The position numbers were made by a program, and so were the translations under genes. DNA of 64,000 nucleotides from a virus (Duplodnaviria; Caudoviricetes), in the IMG/VR virus record IMGVR_UViG_3300021255_002076, positions 7,148 through 71,147 of that record. One strand, given 5' to 3'. This document shows, in pieces, positions 39,869 to 50,340 of the stretch (position 1 is its first letter; each line of letters starts with the position of its first letter). The notes beneath the pieces were generated by a model. It worked only from the letters and a program-made list of their open reading frames with translations. It made no database searches and was not told where the DNA came from.

Positions 39869-42800
39869 CCGTTATCAGATCCTTCCTATCGCCGCTATAA
39901 AAGAACTCATTTTCCTTCTGATTTAGATATACCGGGAAGATATCTTTAAGAGTATCAACAAGGCCGTTGTACTCCCAGAGATTATCCTCAATATCAATTT
40001 CATCTAATCGATCTACTATGCGTTCGACTTGTTTATAAATTTTGTCACTCAGCATTTCTTATCCTCCAATAAGTACCGCGTCAGAACTGTGGACGAGATA
40101 AGTAGTTCCATCAATTACGATCTGCAACTGGTCGCCTTCATAATCTTTCCACGACTGGACTTTTCCTTCAATCACTTCTCCGTTAGGAAGTTGGATGATA
40201 GCCTTATTGAAAGAATAGGTCAGATCCAGTATCTGTTTGTTGCATCCGCCGAAGAACATACAAACCAGAGCAGTTACAATAATAAGATAAATCCATTTTT
40301 TCATTTTACCAAATCTCCACTTTAATTATTGAATTCGGATGGAAGGGATAGAAAGTGTCTTCCTCATCAGGATGGTTGTAAAGGTATGCCAGGTATCGGT
40401 ACCAATCTATCGTTCCGTCCCGTATTCTCTTCAACCTGGCGAAGTATGTCGCCATATCCTCATCATCAACATGCGTAGTACGCGCAATGTTTTTATTTAG
40501 AATATATGGTTCTTCCATGACTACTTCATAAGGCGATAGAAACCAACAAGTACCAGGACTACGATCAGTGTCGTAATCCAGATGGGGGAGAGTACCCAGA
40601 CCCATGACCAAGTGATTACCTTCATAAGCTTTAATGCAATAAATAAGAGGGTTAGTAGTCCAACGAATCCTATACCACCTGCGCTAGAATTGTTATTTTT
40701 CATTTTCTTTCTCCTTCAGTTCCCATCTGCCGGTTCCTCATATGGCTTGTCCAACCAAGAGTCCGGAATGAAAAAACCGTTGTCTGAGGTATAGCCGTTC
40801 TTGGCAATTTGATAGCTATGCCATAGTCTGGGGAACTGCTCATTAAAGAGTGCTTCAAACTTATCCCGGTTAGTAGGCGCGGGGTTCTTTGATTCTTCGT
40901 AGGACTTTACCTTCTCAATAACTTCCTCTGGCGTATAATCCCGTAGGATGTCTTGGAAGACAGTATATTTTCCAAATATCCTCGGGTTTTCATGCATTGA
41001 AAAACCGCCATTACTAGGATCAAGATACAACTTCTTTATTGCCCACCACAATTCGTAACGTGCATCATCCGCGCCTTTGTCGTAGGCCTCGTCGATTTTT
41101 TCCTTTCCTTCCTCAGCAGTCCAGCCGGAGAGTTCTTTGTATGCCTCGTCCTTGCCCGCATCGTGTCCGTTGGCATAGCCTTTATTGTACTGACGGTGCA
41201 ACTCTTCGGTTACGTCGAACGCACCAAAATCTCGACGCCCATGGATATACCCATTCTCCCAGATGTTCTCAAGCTCCGCCCGGATGGCCTGACCTTCTGG
41301 AGTATGGCGAGTCATGTACCCGTCGACTATTTCGCTTTTAGTTTTCATTCTCTTCTCTTTCTAAAGCATCTAAGGCTTTGTTCAAAAAGTCGATCTGCTC
41401 ATTTAGTAGATAGCCAGTAACTCTACAGTAATAGAGAAACTCACGCATCGATTCAATTGTCCATTCGGATTTATCTTTCATTCTTCCTCCTTAGTTAGAA
41501 TCTCAAAGACTTCTTCCAGCTTGTGCAGGACAATGCAATCATCATAGGCTAGCATCGGCTTACTCTTAATATCAATAATAGAGTCATTGACCAACGCATG
41601 CATCGCTTCAATATCATCCTGGCTAAAGAGTACTACGCGTTTCATTCCTGCTCCATCCCTTCGATTCCAGACATCCCTGCCCCGCAGTGCCAACAGTAAT
41701 CTACTTCCGCCTTTGGACTTATCTCGTCGCTAGCGCCACAGTTGGAACATACTACGTAGATGTTACCGCTATCAGCGCGGCAGATGTATTTCCACTTAGC
41801 TTTCTCCAGCCCTTTCGCTCTCTTCTGATCTATCTTATTAGCCATTTCAGCTATACTCGCTATAGAGCGGACAACCTCAGACGCCACACTGGGGCGCAGG
41901 TCGAAGGCCTCCATTAACAAATCGATTGCTCTTTTCTTAAAAGACTCTTCTGTCATCAGCTTTCCTCCGCTTCGATGATGGTTGGTGCGCTTGCTATTTC
42001 TCCAACCATATTTAACAGTTCATGTCGTCTCGCTTTGTCTTGCAAAGATTTTCTGTAATCATAAGCCTCGATAAACCGCTTGCAATAGTCGATAAGTGGC
42101 TCTGCTTCTATCAGCCTACCATGCGGTGTCGGAACGTCAGCGATAGGACACCATTCAGGTTTTCCTTCCCCGTATTTAACGGATTCTCTTTCTGGATGAC
42201 GTGAGCAGTATGTTCCGCTGTTTCCCCAAAGTTTGGAAAACTCACAGTCAGAACAGTAATTTGGGAAGCGCATATCTTTCACAAGTACGCTCATGTTTCC
42301 TCCTTCGGCGGTTCTGTACGATTGCCCAGAATGGTTTCCGCTCCGTACTTGTTCCAATGGTCAACAACTTTCTTCAGCCTCTCGGCCATTTCGTCGTTGA
42401 TAATAAACGGCTCTCCAACAAGAATGAGCTTAGACGAGCCAGACATCATTTCAGTATTCGATTCAAGTTCTCCTGCATCGAGAGGGTAAAATCCGTTAGA
42501 GTAGACACTCGTTCTCTTTTTTCCAATACGAACAGCCTTAATCTCTGCCTCGATGAGCTTAAATTCTGTCGTTCCGTCTGGGCGCTCTTGGCGGCGTATA
42601 TAACCAATACGGTCTTTCGTAGTAATCATTCTTTTTCCTCCTCCGGAGGTTCTGGTAGCGGCATCCAGTGAGTCGGTTGTTGTTCGAGGAGCGAAACTGT
42701 TGTTTTCCAACCTCCGCCGCACATTACATGCCATCTGCCTACTTTTCGATAAGCCACTGCCATATTTCTTTTAAACGAGATAAGCACATAAGTTTCATCT

Positions 42801-43858
42801 TCTGGCATCTGCTCTGTAATAGGAATCCATTTCGGCTTGCTTAGTTTCTCAAGGATATCAGCGGCTTCACGCATTGGAGCTGAATCGCAGTAATGCTTCT
42901 CCTCTATTGGCGCGAAGCATCCATACTTTTCATGTTTGTAGCAGCAATTTGGACACCATTCATCTGCTTGTGCCCGTAAGCGACATATTAGTTCTTCATA
43001 CATCTTCTGTCCTCCATCGCTTCATAGCAGTCGTGAACTTCTCTCGCATCAACTTCGCAATCCCACTTAGCGCAATAGTCATAGTACCAGTTGTACCATC
43101 TGCAATTATCGCAGTTCATTTTTTATTCACCCACAATCCATTTAAAACGCAAGCAAGTATTACACCGAATCCAATCAGCACTTCAGCTATGAACTTAGAT
43201 ACCCAAAAACCGATCATGTTTCACCTCCCATGTCAGCACCACAGTTCGGACAAAAGTGTGTCCTTTCTAATACACTTTCACCGCATATGCTGCAATCGAA
43301 ATGCGCTATTCCATACGCAAAGAATTCCGCTCGATACTCCCACTTACCCTTTTTCCGTTCGATCGCTTCCGCCGCATCATCCAGCAGCTTCTGCATACAG
43401 ACCGTTTCGCCTTTTTCTCGTCGAAGTTCATCATATTCGCATTCACCGCAGAGACATTCTCTACATATGCCGATCTTCTCAAGAACATTAGCCATACGTC
43501 ACCTCATATCAGCACCGCAATCTTGGCAGAAGTTTGTTGGGTACGGAAGGCCATCATACCCACAATTCGAACATCTGTAAAAGACATCGAAATCTACATC
43601 GAAAGGAATCCATTCGCCCTTCTTCCTCTCGATAACATCGGCAGCTGGAAGATTTCTTATTTCCTTTATGTGCCTGTCACAAGTATCGTTAATAGCTTTA
43701 TAGCAATCTTCCGCAGAATATCCATTTGGCGCTGCAAACATTGCGATTGTTAATAGATTCGGAGTTATTTCAACTTTATCCTCTCGGATAAGTTTTATTA
43801 CCTCATCTTTCTTGACGTACTCATCCATTTTCCACCTCCTCTTCCTGGAGCCATTCAT
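39849..43858 (-). CDS. Run of about 14 small tightly packed hypothetical ORFs (lipoprotein 40059-40304, membrane protein 40521-40703, DUF551-like 42626-43003, several C-terminal CxxC...CxxC proteins)
   Basis: Abutting or overlapping ORFs with SD sites; WIPITEQMPE...HWMPLPEPP is the DUF551 pattern. Confidence 0.55.
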
Positions 43859-43948
43859 CTTTCTCTGGATGATATGTGTAAGGATACATACAGAATTTTG
43901 TCATTTTTTTATTACTCCTACTTACCGACATTAATGTCGGGGACATAA

Positions 43949-44069
43949 TTTCACGAGCGAGGATTTGCACCTCGCATAGTCTGCATTCCTGCGAGCGTCC
44001 TCCGATGTTTCCATCCCGACCACTATCAGACCTTATGATCTAAGCGTCTACCTATTCCGCCACCGTGAA
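43949..44069 (-). ncRNA. tRNA-like RNA (Leu-type D arm) with non-canonical anticodon arm and 49-nt branched variable arm
   Basis: On the minus strand: TTCACGG/TCGTGAA acceptor, TGGCGGAATAGGTAGACGC D arm and GCGAGG-TGCAAAT-CCTCGC T arm. Confidence 0.65.
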
Positions 44070-44080
44070 AGTGTTTTCCA

Positions 44081-44458
44081 TCAGAGCTCAGAATAGATCT
44101 TCTTCAGTTCCTCGATGTCAAGGTCTGCCAGCTTCTGATCTTCTTTCGCAGCGATGAGTTCGGCAATTCTCTTTTTCTTATCTGCTGCGGCTTTCTGCGC
44201 TTTCAGTTCTTCAACGCGCTCCTGCTTCTTCTCGAAGATATACTTTACGATCTCCATCTTATTGATGATGATCGCGTCTTCAGAGGACGGTTTCATAAGA
44301 AGGGATGTCTCATCAGCAGATTTCTTCTGTGCTGACAGGGACTTATATACGCTGTTAAGGTTATCGATAGACAGGTCCCACAGGTCTTCTGTGCTTACGA
44401 GTCCTTTGGAATACGGATAGCGGTACTTGCTTTTACTTGCCTCTTCGAACAGATTCAT
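44081..44458 (-). CDS. Conserved phage hypothetical protein (coiled coil)
   Basis: 125 aa with STEDLWDL motif; directly follows the 679-aa gene. Confidence 0.6.
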   Translation of the reverse strand: MNLFEEASKSKYRYPYSKGLVSTEDLWDLSIDNLNSVYKSLSAQKKSADETSLLMKPSSEDAIIINKMEIVKYIFEKKQERVEELKAQKAAADKKKRIAELIAAKEDQKLADLDIEELKKIYSEL

Positions 44459-44470
44459 TTTCTTTTCTCC

Positions 44471-46510
44471 TCAAAATACAATTTTCATCATACGTTCGGT
44501 AGCGCCTTTGACTTTAACAATGACGCTGTTTCGTTTTGTGGAACTGAAGCCAAGACCGGAAAGCTGATCCGGGACAGTCTCAACTTTCATCTTTGCTCCA
44601 AGAGCTTCAAACACTCGCTTGTGTTCAACAAGTTCCTGCTTCAGAAATTCGTTATAGAATCCATTCGGTTCTTCCGGATTCACGCAGTCCTTCAGCATGA
44701 ACATGTAGTGCTTGTGTCCGATTCCATTCTGTTCGTCCCAGTAATTCGGACTGTACATCATAACGGTCACGGGAACAAAGCTATTTGTCTTCAGACCCCA
44801 TAGATCAATGGAAGACGATTCTTCATTGAGATAAGGCTTGATAGTGAAGGCACCGTTCTTCAGCGTTACGTCAGCTACTTTCACTTTCTCTCCCTGGCGA
44901 AGCTCTTTCCTGTAGTCGAACTTATAGATCTGGCCGTCGAATTCGATCTCGGCCCTGAACCCATCACGGCCACCTCGATTACTGAACTGGTGGACGAAGA
45001 AGCTATACGTTCCTTCCCTCATCCGGCCAAGATTAGGCCATGCGATATTCTCAACAGAAGAGACTCCTTTTATAGGGGAGATAATATCTACATCAAGAAA
45101 TCCACCGGTGTGCGAATGCTTATTACAATAGTATATTTCGTTTCCAGAAGGCTCGAAGCAATGAGCATCAAGGTCATTCCTGCTGTACTCTTCTGTATCG
45201 TTCCACTGAATACTGAACCGGAGAACACCATCGACATTACCGCCAGCGTTCTTAACATTCTGTTTCACATCGCTGTCTGTGATATTACCAGCGTAAGCCC
45301 AGGAGAATGCGTTATCCCACTTGAACATACTCGGAGCATCTTTATTGACAGGAGCAATCACAGAGCACATGTTGGCAGCATGGCGATTCTCGAGATAGAC
45401 CTCAAGATCAGTCGAACCAGGCAGCACATCCGAAACGAATTTATCCACCGGGATCTCTTCAAGCCTATCGAATTTCTTCGGGCTCTGTTTTACATCGGCG
45501 AGCATATCATCGAAGACTGAGCCACCAATTCGCTTCTTCGCATCTCTATTCGAGAAGAGAATGTTGTTTACTGTGATATCGTCAAGCGTTGCGAACCGTC
45601 TCTGGAGGGAATCCATATAGCCGAGTTCTTCGATTTTCTTCTTGGCATCTTCAAGCATCTTCTTTGTGTAGATTGCTTTCGGACGTTTGTAATTGGCCGG
45701 GGCAACAACCTTCTCGTACCGGCTGACAGCCTGGTCTACATCCATTCCTTCAGACAGATCAATCAGAAGTGTTCCGAGGGAAGTGTTACGGATCTTGCTT
45801 ACAGTAACAGGGAGCCCTTTCGCCTTTCTCCATGCGTATAGGTTTACCTGCTCGTCGCTCATCCCTTTGATCTTGTCCTTCTGTTCCTTGAGCTGCCGAA
45901 TGGAACTTTCCCATTCGGGCCCTTTGTACAGCGTGTTTGACTTGATTAGTTCATCGACGATATCTACGGCCTCATCGGTTATTTCAGTGAGAGACCTTTT
46001 GAAAACCTGTACTATTGCTCTGTAGTTTTCTTTATGCTCCGGTATTTTATCCGGGCTATATACGAGGTCCTCCGGAACTTTCACATAGAAGTGGTCATAA
46101 GTAATTGTTTCTCCGAGTTCCTCATCATACTCGAAATTGCTTCCGCCGAATCGTTTATCCCTGCTGAGCCAGATACTTTCAATCGGTTTGCTCTTAATGT
46201 ATTTATCCATCTCGGATGCTACGACATCGTATGCAGGATAGCCGGTTCTTACATCCCAAATAGTTTCGACCTTCAGATCTTCTGTTATGAACACAGCATT
46301 CCCAACATTCCGAATGAAATGTCTACACGTTGCGCAGTCGTGCGCTGTTCGAACTCGATACAGCGGATTGCTCCCATCCGGGAAGCTGTTGAGATAGTGC
46401 TGCCACATCTCATCCTTGTCTACAGCGACGGCAAAAATCTTTCCGTAGTTTTCTTTGTACAGTGCATTGAATCTTTCAGTGACTGCATCCGCGAATTTTT
46501 TAAAGTTCAT
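44471..46510 (-). CDS. 679-aa phage protein with C-terminal YfaP/TerD-like beta-sandwich
   Basis: LRFSIQWN...DLDAHC...FLDVD...VENIAW pattern; N-terminal HDCATCRHF. Confidence 0.5.
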   Translation of the reverse strand: MNFKKFADAVTERFNALYKENYGKIFAVAVDKDEMWQHYLNSFPDGSNPLYRVRTAHDCATCRHFIRNVGNAVFITEDLKVETIWDVRTGYPAYDVVASEMDKYIKSKPIESIWLSRDKRFGGSNFEYDEELGETITYDHFYVKVPEDLVYSPDKIPEHKENYRAIVQVFKRSLTEITDEAVDIVDELIKSNTLYKGPEWESSIRQLKEQKDKIKGMSDEQVNLYAWRKAKGLPVTVSKIRNTSLGTLLIDLSEGMDVDQAVSRYEKVVAPANYKRPKAIYTKKMLEDAKKKIEELGYMDSLQRRFATLDDITVNNILFSNRDAKKRIGGSVFDDMLADVKQSPKKFDRLEEIPVDKFVSDVLPGSTDLEVYLENRHAANMCSVIAPVNKDAPSMFKWDNAFSWAYAGNITDSDVKQNVKNAGGNVDGVLRFSIQWNDTEEYSRNDLDAHCFEPSGNEIYYCNKHSHTGGFLDVDIISPIKGVSSVENIAWPNLGRMREGTYSFFVHQFSNRGGRDGFRAEIEFDGQIYKFDYRKELRQGEKVKVADVTLKNGAFTIKPYLNEESSSIDLWGLKTNSFVPVTVMMYSPNYWDEQNGIGHKHYMFMLKDCVNPEEPNGFYNEFLKQELVEHKRVFEALGAKMKVETVPDQLSGLGFSSTKRNSVIVKVKGATERMMKIVF

Positions 46511-46548
46511 AAGTTCTCCCTCACATAATTAATTAAATGTCTGGTTCT

Positions 46549-46947
46549 TCATGCCACATCCGGTACAAGTTCAAAGGTATATCCTGCAACCGTTCTCCGT
46601 GCTCCATCTTTCTTTTTATTGAACACGGCGTTGCAGATAGAGCTGTTGTAACAAAGCGGAAGACCAAGACCTTCACAGGCCTCTCTGTATCCGTAATATA
46701 TTTCCCCTGTCTCGATTACCCTGATCTTGGTTCTGGCTCTGGTGTAATCCGGATACCCACAGAAGCTCTGCCGATACAGACCGTATACACTCTTGTAAAC
46801 TCTCGTTGCTCTGGTTCCGGAATACAGAGTTACACAGCCGCTTGAATCTGTCTTCAGTATCCTCCCGGTTTTATTGTTCCGGACTTTCCAGGTGTTGCTC
46901 ACAGAGTACATCGGATACTCTTCTATAACACGCCATTCTTCTTGCAT
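46549..46947 (-). CDS. NUMOD4 + NUMOD1 DNA-binding protein lacking the HNH core
   Basis: EEWRVIEEYPMYSVSN...GRILK and IRVIETGEIY...EAC; no HNH motif. Confidence 0.6.
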   Translation of the reverse strand: MQEEWRVIEEYPMYSVSNTWKVRNNKTGRILKTDSSGCVTLYSGTRATRVYKSVYGLYRQSFCGYPDYTRARTKIRVIETGEIYYGYREACEGLGLPLCYNSSICNAVFNKKKDGARRTVAGYTFELVPDVA

Positions 46948-46954
46948 AACTCTA

Positions 46955-48118
46955 TTACCTCGTTTTCTCTACTTCACATGGGGAATAAGATCTGTACTCC
47001 CCGCCATAAGTATCATGTTCGTTACAGTGCGTGATTGCTAGCGTGGGTGTAAATTGCTTCTGGTCTAGAGTCAGGGAAAAGTCTTTCTCGATCTCGCCAA
47101 GAACCTTTGGCATATGAATAAGAGCGTATCGGAGACTACCCTGAAACGGATTAAATACATTCGTCTTATCGAACAGGTCGTCCCCAAGCCGTTCGGAAGA
47201 TACCTCATCTTTCAATGGGCCATCCCCGTGCCTAGTAATATAAGACCTAGTTACGTAGCACACTTCCGCATTGAAGTCCTTGTATGGAGCCAGGAGTTTG
47301 ACTGGATTCTGTATGCCTGTATTGGAAGTCGTTAGCCAGATCCCATCTCGGTCCTTATCAAGGAGCAATCCCTGCGCACCTTCAAAGATGAATGCCTTAT
47401 GGTTTTTCCACAACAGATCGAAAAGGGAGTAGTTAACATTATCAATGAATGCCCGGAGATCATACCAGAAACGCTTCGCCAGACTCTCTGCATACACGGA
47501 ATCTTCAGTAAAGTATTTCTTCCATAATGGTACGCTTTCCAGATCTACTCCGAACTTGGAAAGCCGATATCGCACCCAATCCATCATGCGCCCCGCAACA
47601 ACCATGTAGCGAAACCTGTCCAGATCGCTCAGCTCCGAAATGGTGTAGGCATTATCCGGCCTTTCTTTAATTCTGTCAGTCGTGCTCCAACTTCCGTAAC
47701 AGCAGCTGCCGTACTCACGTGCTCCCGTTTTGGCGGCGATGTAGTCCTCTATAATGAGGTCAGCCATCATATCGAACGGAGTAACAACAACACAATTAGG
47801 ATCACACAGAACAGTAGGGGAGACGCCATGTGCGTGTAGTTCATTAAGCTCTCGACAGAAATCCATGGGATGAACAAGGAAGGAGTCAGCGTAGTAGGTA
47901 ATGGCCCCCTCCTTAGTTCCGGCAGCAAAGTTATGGAAGACGTGTCTGGTTCCATCCTCATAATCTACTGTATGCCCGCGCTGGGCAGTGCCGTTATGGA
48001 ACACAGTGATCGGTCTTTCCCCATCAGAGCGGAATTGCTTGGCGAAGTACCGGGACATCAGACCCTTACCTTCATCGCCGTAGTTCGCGCCTATAACTAT
48101 TTTTACATCATGCTCCAT
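46955..48118 (-). CDS. Divergent adenylosuccinate synthetase-like (PurA-like) protein
   Basis: GANYGDEGKG, AQRGHTV, FEGAQG and RSYITRHGDGPL motifs. Confidence 0.8.
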   Translation of the reverse strand: MEHDVKIVIGANYGDEGKGLMSRYFAKQFRSDGERPITVFHNGTAQRGHTVDYEDGTRHVFHNFAAGTKEGAITYYADSFLVHPMDFCRELNELHAHGVSPTVLCDPNCVVVTPFDMMADLIIEDYIAAKTGAREYGSCCYGSWSTTDRIKERPDNAYTISELSDLDRFRYMVVAGRMMDWVRYRLSKFGVDLESVPLWKKYFTEDSVYAESLAKRFWYDLRAFIDNVNYSLFDLLWKNHKAFIFEGAQGLLLDKDRDGIWLTTSNTGIQNPVKLLAPYKDFNAEVCYVTRSYITRHGDGPLKDEVSSERLGDDLFDKTNVFNPFQGSLRYALIHMPKVLGEIEKDFSLTLDQKQFTPTLAITHCNEHDTYGGEYRSYSPCEVEKTR

Positions 48119-48131
48119 AACGGCAGCTCCT

Positions 48132-48995
48132 TTACCAGCTTATTTCCTGAGTCCCGGGATTACTTACATCCTCGACCTCTCCGGTTACTATGTCAGAGAT
48201 CAACGTACTAAGGTTATCAATAGTAGATACATGGTAGTTCTGACCCAGCAGCTCCCATGACTTATCTACTGCTTCGTCATAATTATTTCTTTCGTAGCAG
48301 GAATGCCTGTCCTTAACTGAGATGTGGTGGATCTCGAACTTCCTCACTGCTTCGGAGAACAGCTCTTCCGTTTCAACATCAGCCTGAAGATTATCTCCGA
48401 TGAATTTTCTTATCTGCTCGCTGCGAAGAACAGGATTCAGTCTCTCATCTCCGAGGGTAATCAGAATTCCTCTTGCGCCTCTTGACCAGCAGTCGAGCTT
48501 GCAGTGATTGATTCCCATATACCAGGCCGCTGTGTAGGACTCATAGTTGTTTCCGCCACCGCCGCCCTCGAAGAATACTTTGTCCAGATGCTCGGCTATC
48601 CGGACATCTGATTCAAATTGAGAGATCTGAACCGGAGCTTCGTCATATACCAGATCTCCGATTGCCATGATGCAGAACTCCACGTCCGGGCATTTCCCGG
48701 AATCATAGACCTGCTCCATAATTTCTCCCAGCTTCTTGGATACTTCAACCGCAGCCGATCCCATAGAGCCAGTGACATCCAGAGCCAGGATTACCGGGCG
48801 CGTATTTGGATGCTCCGCTGTGTCAAGGCATTCACGCATTACTTCATAAGGACTCAAAGCCCTGTCGATTGTTCGTTTCTTATAAACCGTCTGAGTTGAC
48901 AAATCATCGCATGTCGCATAGGCACTCGCGCTCATGAACTTGGTAGAAACTGTATAGTCATTAAACGCGGTGCTTGTCCAAGATCCTCCACCCAT
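48132..48995 (-). CDS. von Willebrand factor A domain protein
   Basis: MIDAS-like LDVTGSMG and GGGGGNNYESY. Confidence 0.75.
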   Translation of the reverse strand: MGGGSWTSTAFNDYTVSTKFMSASAYATCDDLSTQTVYKKRTIDRALSPYEVMRECLDTAEHPNTRPVILALDVTGSMGSAAVEVSKKLGEIMEQVYDSGKCPDVEFCIMAIGDLVYDEAPVQISQFESDVRIAEHLDKVFFEGGGGGNNYESYTAAWYMGINHCKLDCWSRGARGILITLGDERLNPVLRSEQIRKFIGDNLQADVETEELFSEAVRKFEIHHISVKDRHSCYERNNYDEAVDKSWELLGQNYHVSTIDNLSTLISDIVTGEVEDVSNPGTQEISW

Positions 48996-49564
48996 TACTC
49001 TTCCTCCTCCTGCTCTTCCTCATCGAAGTCGAACATTCCGTCAAACATACCGCCGAAGTCTTTACCCATCATCATAAAGGGGATCATCGCACTCATCTGG
49101 TTTCCCATACCGCCAGCGTTGCCCTTCATCATCTCGGACAGCATCATGTACTTCATGATCTTCTCGGTTCCTTTTTCGCCTTTGGTAAAATCAGATCCGA
49201 ACATGGATACGATCTTTCCATAGAAGTATGTGTTGCCCATGAATACGTGGCGCTCCGGCAGCAGGTTCTCAATCGTAGCATCCTCATAATTGATAGCGGT
49301 GATCGTGTCCTTGTCAGCAGACACAACGCACTTGGGTTTACCACCTACCAGGATGATGTCACCCTTCTCTACCTTGTTCGTCGGGATGAGGAAGAAGAAC
49401 TCCTCGCCGACATTGAAAACAAAGTTGTTGCAGTTGGTCAGCTTGTTGGTCTTCGGGTTATAGGTCTTATACCCGGTGGACGTCTTTACCGCAATCCCGC
49501 CAGTCATTGAGAGGCGGCACATACCGTTCGCAATCTTACCGAACATACCATTGAACATTTCCAT
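48995..49564 (-). CDS. Conserved hypothetical protein (Met-rich C-terminus), first gene of the vWA/PurA-like operon
   Basis: AAGGAG SD; stop abuts the vWA start. Confidence 0.6.
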   Translation of the reverse strand: MEMFNGMFGKIANGMCRLSMTGGIAVKTSTGYKTYNPKTNKLTNCNNFVFNVGEEFFFLIPTNKVEKGDIILVGGKPKCVVSADKDTITAINYEDATIENLLPERHVFMGNTYFYGKIVSMFGSDFTKGEKGTEKIMKYMMLSEMMKGNAGGMGNQMSAMIPFMMMGKDFGGMFDGMFDFDEEEQEEEE

Positions 49565-49638
49565 AGTTACTTCTCCTTATAATAATTTAATAGCCTTGCT
49601 GTCTAAAACTGTAGTCAACTGATTGACTTTATGAATGT

Positions 49639-49667
49639 ACTATACTACGAAATGTCTAATCAGTCAA
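49639..49667 (-). promoter_or_regulatory. sigmaA/sigma70-type promoter
   Basis: TTGACT-N17-TATAGT on the minus strand, about 75 nt upstream of ATG 49564. Confidence 0.7.
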
Positions 49668-49687
49668 GTCGTAATATGTCTACATTA

Positions 49688-49918
49688 TTAGACGTTTTCG
49701 GACGAGCTAAAGTACTCATCTTCGAACACGTCTCTGTCCATAAATACCACGTCATTCCGATTCGAATCGTCATGTGACCAGATATAATTAATAATGTAGA
49801 GCTGCTCCTCTCGACTCAGCATGACGACATACCCTTCGCGGAACAGGAGTCGCATCAGAGCGTAGGCGCTATCCTCCGAGTGGCATACGATCTCTTCTTT
49901 AGGAATCAGATGGTTCAT
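49688..49918 (-). CDS. Hypothetical protein
   Basis: 76-aa ORF coupled to the upstream ORF. Confidence 0.5.
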   Translation of the reverse strand: MNHLIPKEEIVCHSEDSAYALMRLLFREGYVVMLSREEQLYIINYIWSHDDSNRNDVVFMDRDVFEDEYFSSSENV

Positions 49919-50142
49919 TCTTCTTCCTCCTTATCAGGCGCGGATTTCCTAGGGAGAAATTCATCCAACATCTCATGAAAGATGTCGGCAATATTCTCGG
50001 GAGTAGGGAAGGGTTTATCAATCCATCCCTGAGATCGAGAGCGAAAGATCGACCCATCCGCGGACCCGATAAAAGCACTGGCATATGTCTCAGGGAGGCC
50101 GATCACCTCGTCATCGATTCTCATCTCAAGTTTATAATACAT
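49915..50142 (-). CDS. Hypothetical protein
   Basis: 75-aa ORF with GAGAGGA SD. Confidence 0.5.
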   Translation of the reverse strand: MYYKLEMRIDDEVIGLPETYASAFIGSADGSIFRSRSQGWIDKPFPTPENIADIFHEMLDEFLPRKSAPDKEEEE

Positions 50143-50340
50143 GTGTTGCGTTCCTCTCTTTTAATGTGTATAATCTCTTGTACTACCATCGAGAGAATAA
50201 AAAAACCAGACGCATCTATAATGATGGTCTGATAAACTTGTCACGTTAAATTTGTGCTGTGACAAACCCGTGACATCTTCGGCAGATTGGCGTTGAAGCC
50301 CCCAGTAATTACTGGGCTGGTGAATGGTTTAGGATTCATC

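Noticed and set aside
46955-48118. PurZ / 2-aminoadenine (Z-genome) pathway
   Set aside because: The catalytic Asp of GDEGKG is retained (PurZ has Ser), and no DatZ/MazZ is recognisable.
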